From the NCBI RefSeq assembly GCF_009914755.1, contig NC_060930.1: a stretch of DNA of 64,000 nucleotides, one strand, 5' to 3'. This DNA comes from the human T2T-CHM13v2.0 reference genome, Homo sapiens. The notes under the pieces are model-generated. The model did not search any database. It was not told where the DNA came from and was given only the letters and a program-made list of their open reading frames with translations. Below are positions 52,501 to 64,000 of this stretch, piece by piece. Position 1 is the first letter of the stretch, and each line of letters begins with the position of its first letter. Made by a program: the position numbers and the translations under genes.

Positions 52501-53199
52501 CTGACTAACATGGATGAACCTCCTATAAAAAATAAAGTAAAAATTAACTTGGTGCTATGTGGAATCCTATTATATCCAGGAAATTCATCCTAGAAAAGTT
52601 AAAAAGAAATGCTTGTTAATACTTATCACTTGGTTTAAAACTCATTGTAGAAAGGACAGGAAAATATGAATATGTTGGGGAAAATTAACAAAAAAGAAGC
52701 CTCTTTATATAAAAGTGAAAAACATTTTAGAGCCAATGCCATGCACACGGAAGTATAGTACACTCAAAGAAATGTTTTTTCCTTATTTTTTTTGAGTTGC
52801 GTAGGCTTGAGTATATACTGATATAACATGCCTCATTTGGATATGTATTTTTATCACACCTATAAATATTAACTATATATAGTGCATATGCAGATGAAAT
52901 GCTAATAAATTTATAAAAGTATAACATGCTACTAAAGATAACCATTTTGCAAACACCGCATAGTCCCAAATTATTCTCTGAAGATTTCCCATTTTTTAAA
53001 AAAAAGTAGAAACAGAACCAATAAGACACTAGTGAATATTTTAGTAACACAGAATGCCCAGTGAAACAGAATTTGTATTTTAAAGATTTGTACTTGGGCT
53101 TTTATAGTGTTTTCAGAATTAATGTCCCAAACTAATAAACTCAGATAGCTACAGATAACCCCAAACTAACCACCTGCCTCCACTTATCCATTTTCTTTT

Positions 53200-54290
53200 T
53201 TTCTTATAATACAAACATAATAAGGTGTCAGATAAAATTTGCAAGTTAATGCGAGTAGATGACATATGATCTGTTAAGCTTGGAAAAAAGGAGAAAAATA
53301 AAACTGTTAAAGAACTAAGGCCTCATTTGAAGAAGGCAAAAAAGGAGAAAGACCACTGATAAAAGCAAAGTAAGGCACCTGGAGGATATGTTTGATAAAA
53401 AGTAAAATAAAGTGGAAGTGAATAAGAGTTCAAAAGATTGTCACGGATATCATAACTAGGAAAGGAGGAAAAAGGAGAGCCACAATAATAGTAAGTACCC
53501 CTCCCTGCAGTAAAAGAAACACCATGTCTTTGGAAAAGCTCAACTAGAGATATAGTCTGGTGAACTTACTGGACTATAAAAATAAAGTTCTTCAGACATT
53601 CAAGCAAAAAGATCAGTTCCCTTACTCTATTAGTCAGCAAATATTTATTGACTGCTTACTCTGTTTTAGGCATTTTGCCAGTTGTGGAAAGAATGGTGAA
53701 CAGGACGGATAACAGACCATGTTCTCATGGCGCTTATGCAGGAAAAAAAATATCAGATTGGCTCCCAAGCCTCTTATTAGTCATTATTAATGCCTGGAAC
53801 CTGTGGATCAATGCCTGAAATGACTTTGGGAAAGAAAATGAAGAAAATGTGCCTGAAGAGGTCTATACCCAGCCAAACTGCCCTTCTATATATGGAAAAC
53901 AAATAATTTTGAACATGCAAGTATTGTTTCTACTAACAATACTGTTAGTAGACAATATTGTTTCTACTAACAATACTGTTAGTAGACAATATTGTTTCTA
54001 CTAACAATACTGTTAGTAGACAATATTGTTTCTACTAACAATACTGTTAGTAGACAATATTGTTTCTACTAACCATTGTTGAAGAAACCATTAGTGGATG
54101 TAGCCCATCCAAATAAGAAACGAATAGAGAAACTAAGGCAAAGGGGCTGGCAGGTTAGCATAGAAACCAATTACAAATGACTGGGAATAAAACAAATATG
54201 GTGATTATTTTAGAAAAGAGAACATAGAATATTTAAATGCTCAATGAGGAAATAATACAGCTGTTCAAATCTAGTAAAATATACTGTAAA
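53200..54290 (+). mobile_element. HAL1/old L1ME ORF1-like region, interrupted by an L2 piece (~53630-53740) and the minisatellite
   Basis: ctggtgaacttactggactataaa...caagcaaaaagatcagtt...atcagattggc...tatacccagccaaactg. Confidence 0.6.
53922..54073. repeat. Perfect 34-bp palindromic minisatellite, about 4.5 copies
   Basis: Unit TATTGTTTCTACTAACAATACTGTTAGTAGACAA starts at 53922, 53956, 53990 and 54024, with a 16-nt partial at 54058. Confidence 0.98.
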
Positions 54291-54414
54291 ACTAAATAAA
54301 ATTGATTTTAAAAATGTAATTTACTATGTTAGAGCTCAGAGTGGTTACAAAATTTTACTGACCATTGGTAATAAAATGAATTCATGAAATTGTAAAGCAC
54401 TACCTTCTAAAATA

Positions 54415-54700
54415 GCACTAGGCCCAATTGAGTCTGTGGATGAATCCTATGACACCTTTAATACATGGATAACCTAAAGTTATCTAATATATTCCAGAGC
54501 GTAGAAGAAAATGGAATACTTTCACATTATGCTGAAAGCATCATAACACTGATACACAAATCTAACAGAAAACAATAAAAGATAATTACAGATCAGTCTC
54601 ATGTATGGTTACTGATGCAAATGCCTGAATAAATTTTAGTACATTACTAATGTGGATTCATACCATAGAGGCAAGGATGAGTTTGCATTAAGGGATCAAC
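54415..54700 (+). mobile_element. Old L1M ORF2 fragment
   Basis: gcatcataacactgatacacaaatctaacagaa...aattacagatcagtctcatg...gatgcaaa. Confidence 0.55.
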
Positions 54701-55334
54701 TGTACTTAATACTTGGTTTGGACCTTTTTTCCCCATTTTATTTCACTTTCCTTCTATTTGGAGAATTTGGAAAGCAAACAACACACTCCCAAGACCCCTT
54801 GTAATTAACATTCTGGATGTGAATTTGATTTATGCTAATATAGAAGGAAAAAACAAGGAAAGTCAATGCCATCTGATTGGGGCAGTGTTGATAGAAAAAC
54901 AGCCTCTGGTAGGAGTGAGTGTTGGCAGGAGCTCTTCCACTGTTGGGTCATTAGTTTCATGGGTGTGGTAGCTGCAGTGTCCTGACTTTGGATCACAGAG
55001 GCAGTTATGTGACTTAGACACCAAAACACCTGCTAGCTCCTTGACTCTCCCTTTCCCTATCCCAGCCAGGCATATCTGATTACTTATATTTGCCTTCATT
55101 TCACTCCTCCTCTCTTGGGACAGTGGTGTAGAAGCCTCTTCTAACTGAGGTTAAATCTACAACTTTACTTCTGCATGCCTCTCCCATTCCTTCCCACCTG
55201 TGTGGGTTACTCTTCTGATTGTGTCTACCATGATTTTGAATCTACCAAATTTTCCTACCAAGATTTAAACATAATCGAACAACTCTTAGCTTTAACATAT
55301 TGTCATCTACTACTTCTTACAACCTCCAAAAACT

Positions 55335-55746
55335 TGTTGTTTAGGTCAAGCTAAGCTTATTAGACAGTAAGTACTCACTTACAGCAAGAAAGAACACTAC
55401 CTTGACAGAATCTTCACAGTGTCTGAATGAGGATAGGTAAGGTATGTATTTATAGAGTTCTAGGGCCTAGGCTGAATGTTTTTGCAGTGGATTTCAAAAG
55501 TAGAAAACTGGGTTGGAATTGGGCAAAGTTTATGACTGGATTGGTGAGCAAAGCAAGTCAAACATTAAAGCAAGTTTTGGGCAAGGTATTCGTCTTAATA
55601 GATAAATTATTTTAGATGATTCAGAGTCATATCTCACAGGAAGAAGTGGCTAAGTTCCTAGTCATCAATACTGTTTTACTTAGATACAGTCTGGTCTTGG
55701 TATTGTTTTACACAAGGGTAGAAAATTCTGTTTCATTTTTAAAACA
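55335..55746 (-). mobile_element. Old ERV solo LTR (family uncertain)
   Basis: TG...CA-bounded ~410 bp block; caagctaagcttattag...accttgacagaatctt resembles MER-type ERV1 LTRs. Confidence 0.4.
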
Positions 55747-56719
55747 AAGAAAGAAGCAAACAAAAGCTCTCAAACTCAAGTTCCTTTTATTTAGCACACT
55801 CTTTCTCTTCCTCCTTAAAATTAAAGTTTTTGGAAGTGCTATCTATTTTCTTTTTCTCCCCAGATACTACAATCTGTTAATCTGCTTCTACTTTGGTAAG
55901 GTCACTAATAATAATTAACAAGTATATAATTTTCATTTAGTTTTCTTATTTGATCTCTCACCTTTTAGGCACTGCCAAACCCTTGTTGGAAACCTCACCC
56001 ATCTCTTGGCTTGCAGGATGTCATCCTCTCCTCCTGTCTGCCTGCCCCTTCTCAGTTTCCTTTACAGAGTTCCTCTTCTCTGCTGTGCACTACATGCAGG
56101 GCTCTGCCTGATAAATCAGATTATATCTATTGAGGTCTTCTATTTAAAAGAATTAATTGGTAAGTTTCAACTTTCTCCCCAACCATCACTCAACATATTT
56201 AGTTTATAAACCCGGTTTATTACAGTTAGTTATTATTGTTTACATTATAGTTTTATTTTTAGAATTAAAAATGTATAACTAGTATATATTTACAATTATT
56301 TAGACTTAGTTATCTGATTACTATCCTTTTTAATGCTCAAAACAGTATTATTAAACTCTTAAATCATTTTGATTTTTCTTCTGGTCATCTAAGCTATACT
56401 TTTGAATTCACATGGGAGAGCAAAGAGGGAGAAATATGGAGATAGTATACATTCAGAGTTTTGCATTTCCAAAAGGTATTTTTCTCTCTTTTTTTTCACA
56501 TTAGAAAAACAAGGTGGTTGTAGGATTTCTAATTCCAAGAATGCTCTACAAACATTTAGGTGTAATTTTTTCTTCTACTAATTAATGCTCTAGAGAATAG
56601 AAATTCAATTTTTATTCCTTTCTGATAATAACTTTCTTGAAAAATTATTCCTCATTTTCAACATTAGGTTTTGTTTAGGCCTTGAAACTCATAGATTTCA
56701 TCAAAAGATAACTAGGTTT

Positions 56720-57017
56720 ACTCCCTTTCGTTCTCTCCCATCTTTATTTCCTTCCTTCCTTCTTTCCTTCCTTCCTTCTTTCTTTCCTTCCTTCTCCCTT
56801 CCTTCTTTCTCACTTTCTTTTTTCTTTTTCTTACTTACCTTCTTCCTTCCTTCCTTCCCTCCCTCCCTCTTTCCTTCCCTCCTGCTTCCTCCCTCTGCCT
56901 TGCCTTTGCCCTGCCCCTTCCCTTCTCTTCTCTTCCCTTCCCTTCCCTTCCCTTCCCTTCTCTACTTTTTACTCTCTCTCCTTCTGTCTTTCTTTCTGTT
57001 TTATGCTTTTCTTTTCT
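56720..57017. repeat. Polypyrimidine tract with (CCTT)n and (CCCTT)n
   Basis: About 300 nt, almost entirely C/T. Confidence 0.95.
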
Positions 57018-57253
57018 GATACTGAAGGGACATTTTGAATATCAGAATTAGTCTTCAATTGAAGAAAGTTGTAGATTTGTCTGGAAAACATTTTTTTTCG
57101 GTAAAATGATATGCTGTGTTGGAAGTCTCAATACTGTAATGATGTCATTACAAATTAACAAATTTATTTATTTGCATCTGCTCTCAAGCAATATTCCTAG
57201 AGGATATGTGTGTGTGCGTGTGTCTGTGTGTTTGTTTCAAAAATTGTCAAACT

Positions 57254-57989
57254 AATTCACATTCCCACCAACAGTGTATAAGTGTTTCATTTTCTCAGCA
57301 GCCTCACCACCATATGTTATTTTTTGACTTTTTAATAAAAGCCATTCTGACTGGTGTGAGATGGTATCTCATTGTGGTTTTGATTTGCATTTCTCTGATG
57401 ATTAGTGGTGATTAGCATTTTTTCATTGGCAGTTTGATGATTTCTCAAAGAATTGAGAGTTGAATTACCATTTGATCCAGCAATCTTGTTACCAGGTGCA
57501 TACCCAAAGGCAAGTAAATAATTCTACCAAAAGGACACATGCACCCATATGTTTGTCACTATTTACAATAGAAAAGGCATGGAATCAACCCAGGTGTCCA
57601 CCAATGGCAGACTGGAATATTTTTAAAAATGTGATACATATACACTATGGAATACTATGCAGCCATTAAAAATGATGAAATCATGTTCTTTGCAGCAACA
57701 TGGATGCAGCTGGAAACCATTATCCTAAGTGAACAAACACAGAAACAGAAAAGCAAATACCACATGTTCTCACTTATAAATGGTCATAAGAATGGTAACA
57801 ATAGACACTGAGGAATACAAGGGTTAGGAGGGGATTAAGGGTGGAAATAAACTAACTTTTGGGTACTATGCTCACTACCTGGGTGACGAAATCATTTGTA
57901 CTCCAAACCTCAGCATCACACAATACATGTTTGTAATAAATCTGCACATGTACTCCCTGATTCTAAAATAAAAGTTAAAAGTAAAGAAT
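57254..57989 (+). mobile_element. L1PA16-like 3' end with twin-priming 5' inversion
   Basis: Antisense 57254-57427, sense 57428-57989; perfect 13-bp TSD AAATTGTCAAACT at 57241-57253 and 57990-58002. Confidence 0.93.
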
Positions 57990-58019
57990 AAATTGTCAAA
58001 CTGATTTTATGCTTTCTTC

Positions 58020-58500
58020 ATTGGCTTATTTGTTACTATTTTTTAAATTGACTTTTATTTCTTATCTTTTATAAGAACAGTTTATATTATGGATATTAAT
58101 CATTCACTGATTTTTTTCTTGTTACTCTGCAGGCCACTTTGCTTTTAACATTTTAAATGATGTCTACCAGCATAAGATCTTAAATATTTTTGTAGACAAG
58201 TTTATCATTGTTTTCTATTTTTTTCTTCCTACAGAAGATATTGCTTATATAAAGTTTCTATAAGTACTCTTCTGTAGTTTCCCCCAGATGTTTACGTATG
58301 TATTTATATTTAATGTTTTAATCAATCTGCATAACTTGTTTGTATGTGCATGTGTGTGTATATACTGGATGAGGTAAGTCTCTAACATGATTTTTGTCTT
58401 TGACTCCATTTTATACAAAATCAATCTTTCTCTCAATGTTTACAAAAATAATGCTTACTGCTAGCAAAATTTATATATATATGCATAGATTTATTTCACA
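58020..58500 (-). mobile_element. Old L1ME-like fragment (host of THE1A, resumes after 60781)
   Basis: tatattatggatattaatc, tttaatcaatctg, and ttattctgttttactgacctatctgtctatt after the THE1. Confidence 0.5.
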
Positions 58501-58505
58501 CTCTC

Positions 58506-60776
58506 CGATACGGTTTGGCTGTGTCCCCACCCAAATCTCATCTTAAATATCCACGTGTTGTGGGAAGGACCTGGTGGGAGGTAACTGAATCATGGAGGCA
58601 AGTCTTTTCAGTGCTGTTCTTGTGATAATGAATAAGTTGCACGAGATCTGATGGTTTTAAAAACGGGAGTTTTCCTGCACAAACTCTCTTCTCTTGTCTG
58701 CTGCCACATGAGATGTGCCTTTCACCTTCGCCATGATTATGAGGCCTCCACAGCCATGTGGAACTATAAATCCACTAAATCTCTTACTTTGTAAATTACC
58801 CATTCTTGGGTATGTCTTTATAAGCTGCGTGAAAATTGACTGATACAGTAAATTGATGCCAGTAGAGTGGGGTACTGCTGAAAATATAACCAAAAATGTG
58901 GAAATGACTTTGGAACAGTGTAACAGGCAGAGGATGGAATAGTTTGGAGGGCTCAGAAGAAGACAGGAAAATGTGGGAAGGTTTGGAACTTCCTGGAGAC
59001 TTGTTGAATGACTTTTCCCAAAATGCTGGTAGCAATATGGACAACAAAGTCCAAGATGAGGTAGTCTCAGATGGAAATGAAGAACTTGTTGGGAACTGGA
59101 GCAAAGGTGACTCTTGTTATGTTTTAGCAAAGAGACTGGAGGCATTTTGCCCCTGCCCTAGAGATCTGTGGAACTTTGAAATTGAGAGATATAATTTAGG
59201 GTATCTGGCAGAAGAAATTTCTAAGCAGCAAAGCATTCAAGATGTGACATGGGTGCTGTTATAGGCATTCAGTTTTACAAGGGAAGCAGAGCATAAAAGT
59301 TCAGAAAATGTGCGGCCTGGCAATGTAATAGAAAACAAAATCTCACTTTCTAAGGATAAATTCAAGCTGGCTGCAGAAATTTACATAAGTAACTAGGAAA
59401 TGAATATTAATCCCAAAGAGAAAGGGGAAATTGTCTCCAGGGCATGTCAGAGGCCTTCACAGCAGCCCCTCCCATCGTAGGCCTGGAGGCCTAGGAAGAA
59501 AAAGTGGTTTCATGGGCCAGGCTTAGGGTCCTTTGCTGTATGTAGCCTAGGGACTTGGTACCCTGCAACCCAGTGGTTCCAGCTGTGACCGAAAGGGGCC
59601 AATGTAGAGCTCAGGCCATGGCTTCACGGGGTGCAAGCCTTAAGCCTTAGCAGTTTCCACATGATATTGAGCCTGGGAGTGCACAGAAGTCAAGAATTGA
59701 GGTTTGAGAACCTCTGCCTAGATTGCAGTGGATGTATGGAAATACCTGGATGTCCAGGCAGATGTTTGCTGCAGAGATGGGGCCCTCATGGAGAACCTCT
59801 GCTAGGGCAGTGCAGAAGGGAAATGTGGGGTTGGAGCCCCCACATAGAGTCCCTACTGGGGCACCACCTAGTGGAGCTGTGAGAAGAGTGTCACCAACCT
59901 CCAGACCCTAGAATGGTAGATCCACTGACAACCTGCACCATGTGCCTAAAAAAGCTGCAGACTCTCAATGCCAGCCTGGTAAAGCAGAAAGCAGCCAGGA
60001 GGGAGGCTGTACTCTGCAATGCAACAGCGGCAGGGCTGCCCAAGACCATGAGAACCCACCTCTTGCATCAGCATGACCTGGATGTGAGACATGGAGTCAA
60101 AGGAGATCATTTTGGAGCTTTAAGATTTAACTGCCCTGCTGGATTGCAGATTTGCATGGGGCCTGTAGCCCCTTTCATTTTGGCCAGTTTCTTCCATTGG
60201 AAATGCTGTGTTTACCCAATGCCTGTATCCCCATTGGATTTAGGAAATAACTAACTTGCTTTTGATTTTACATGCTCATAGGCAGAAGGGAGTTGCCTTG
60301 TCTTGGAAGATACTTTGGACTGAGAACTTTTGAGTTAATGCTGAAATGAGTTAAGACTTCAGGGAATGTTAAAAAGACATGAATGGTTTTGAAATGTGGG
60401 GACATGAGATATGGGAGGGGCTTGAGTGGAATGATATGGTTTGGCTTGTCCCCACTCAAATCTCATCTTAAATTTCCTTGTGTTGTAGGACAGACCCAGT
60501 GGGAGGTAATTGAATCATGGGGCAGGTCTTTCAAGTGCTGTTTTCATGATAGTGAGTAAGTCTCACAAGATCTGATAGTTTTAAAAATGGGAATTTCCCT
60601 GAACAAGCTCTCTCTCTTCTCTTTTCTGCTGCCATGTGAGATGTGCCTTTCACTTTCCACCATGATTTTGATGTCTCCCCAGCCACATGGAACTGTAAGT
60701 CAATTAAACCTCTTTCTTTGTAAATTTCCCAGTCTTGGGTATGTCTTTATCACCAGTGTGAAAATGGACTAATACA
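58506..60776 (+). mobile_element. Full-length THE1A MaLR (LTR 58506-58847, internal 58848-60431, LTR 60432-60776)
   Basis: Two ~345 bp LTRs with ttctcttgtctgc...gtgcctttcacctt; internal WEGLELPGDLLN and GNWSKGDSCYVLAKRL; TSD ctctc/ctctt. Confidence 0.95.
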
Positions 60777-60874
60777 CTCTTTATTCTGTTTTACTGACCT
60801 ATCTGTCTATTACTGTGTGTATGCTACAATGTTTTACTTGTCTGGCTTTTTATTATGATGTCATATTTTCCAGA

Positions 60875-61453
<579 letters not shown>

Positions 61454-62582
61454 TTATCAAGTACAATTTAAAAATTTGAATTTGATTAAGAATTATTTAA
61501 ATTTATTAGCTGATTTGGAGGAGAATGAACAATTACAGAGAATTAAGAATTAAGATTGATGCTTATCATCCATGAAAAAGCATTCTTAATTTGTTTTATA
61601 TTTATAGGAAAGTTGTATTTTTCCTCCACTCAGATTTTACACATTCTTATCAGATTAATCTAGGGGAAATTTAGAGATTTTCCTATCACTGTAAAGGATT
61701 TTTTTAAATATTTCACTACATTTTTATTATGTATATCCATTAGATTTTCCAGTCATGATGGCTTGTGCATGTGACTAGTAAAGACATATATTTTTGTTGT
61801 TGTTGTTGAAATTGTACTCAATTCTTTTTCTTCTCACTTGGGAATTTATTTCTTCTTAAATAAATTTTATTGTGTATATTTAAGATATGTAGCATGTTGT
61901 TATAAGATATGGTAAAACAGTTATTATAGTGGAACAAATTAACATATCCATCATCTCACATAGTTACACATTGTCCTCCCCCACCCCTTGGCAAGAACAG
62001 CTATAATTCACTAATTTAGCAAAACTCCTGAATACAATACACTGTTATTAGCTATAGTCCTCATGGTGTACATCCAGTCTTTCTACTCCTTTATCCCATG
62101 TATTTGCTACTTTATATCCTTTCATCTACTTCCGTTATTTTCTCTCTTCACCCTGATAACAATTACTCTACTCTCCCTGTATATATTTGACCTTTATTTT
62201 TAGGTTGCATGCAACCTAAAGTGCCAGCAAGTAATATTTTATTTCTGTGTCTGGCATGTGATTTATTTTACTTAGCATAATGTCCTCTAGGTTCATCTAT
62301 ACTTTAATAAATGGCAGTGTCTCTTCCTTTTTTAAGGCTGAATAATATTCCATTGCATTTTTACTACTATTTCTTTATCTATTAGTCCATTGATGGACAC
62401 CTAGTTTGTTTCTATAGCTTGGCTATTGTGAATAATGCTACAGTGCACATGAGAGTGCAGGTATGTTTATGAGGTGTTGATTTTATTTCCCTTGGGTATA
62501 TACACAGGGGAGGGATTGTTGTATTACATAGCAGTTCTTTTAGTAGGTTCTTTAGGAACTGCCATACTGTTTTCCATAATGA

Positions 62583-62943
<361 letters not shown>

Positions 62944-63378
62944 AGAAATTCTTTTTAACAACAGCTAATTTAACAGGTGTAAAGTCGTATCTCATAGTGG
63001 TTTTAATTTGAATTTCCCTGATGATTAGTGATATTGAGCATCTTTTCATATTACCTCTTGGCCATTTTTGTGACATCTTTGGAGAAATTTTTATACAAGT
63101 CTTTTGCCTATTTTTAAATCAGGCTATATGTTTTCTTGCTATTGAGTTGCATGAATTCTTTTATAACTCTTGGATATTAACCCCTTATCTAATATTTTTC
63201 CAAATTATAGGTTGCCTTTTTATTTTCTTGACTGTTTATTTTGCTGTGCAGGAGCTTTTTAGTTTGATGTAGTCCAGTTTATTTATTTTTGCTTTGGATG
63301 CCTGAGCTTTTGATGTGATATCCAATAAATTATTGCAAGGCAAATGTCAAAGAACTCTTCATCTATGTTTTCTTCTAG

Positions 63379-63715
<337 letters not shown>

Positions 63716-64000
63716 ACCTTTTATATATTTTTGAGTTGATTTATGTGTATGGTGTAAGATAAAGGTCTAATTTCATGCTTTTGCAAATGAAGACATGGTT
63801 TTCTTAAAATAATTTATGGAAGGATTAACCTTTCACCATTGTGTCTTTTTGGTGCCCTAGTCACAAATTAATTGACCATGTATGTTTCAATTCATTTGGG
63901 GGCTCTATATTTTGTTCCCCTCATCTATGTGTCTGCATTTATGTTGGAACCATGCTATTTTGATTACTATAGCATTGTAATATGATTTTAAATCAAGAAA

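Noticed and set aside
53922-54073. CRISPR array (palindromic ~34-bp repeats)
   Set aside because: Units are head-to-tail with no unique spacers, there are no cas genes, and the context is primate DNA.
58657-59264. Longest ORFs (162, 102 and 106 aa) as genes
   Set aside because: They lie in the THE1A LTR and internal region; they are antisense chance frames or a broken MaLR gag-like frame.

Overview
AT-rich, CpG-depleted primate genomic DNA, most likely human or another catarrhine because AluJ, AluS and AluY are all present. I can support no intact protein-coding gene, tRNA, rRNA or CRISPR array; the ORF track is made of chance ORFs and decayed retroelement frames. Most of the window is transposon-derived. 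Main elements: (1) a ~13 kb nested stack at 7.8-20.8 kb, where an old MaLR LTR is split by MSTB (itself split by an L1PA) and by an LTR33-flanked ERVL provirus, which is split by a full-length MLT2A-flanked HERV-L, which is split by MSTA; (2) an LTR-less ERVL integrase/dUTPase fragment; (3) a near full-length L1MA2/3 carrying a captured poly(A)-tailed unique insert and a duplication-deletion scar; (4) a minus-strand LTR40/HERVL40 provirus with a readable env TM remnant; (5) a full-length THE1A; (6) two twin-primed L1s; (7) several Alus, L2s, MIRs and microsatellites. The most unusual non-TE structure is a perfect 34-bp minisatellite built from alternating palindromes (53922-54073). Two candidate minus-strand exons may indicate an unannotated spliced transcript. 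Repeat subfamily names come from recalled consensus sequences compared by eye, not from a database search, and boundaries of old elements are approximate.
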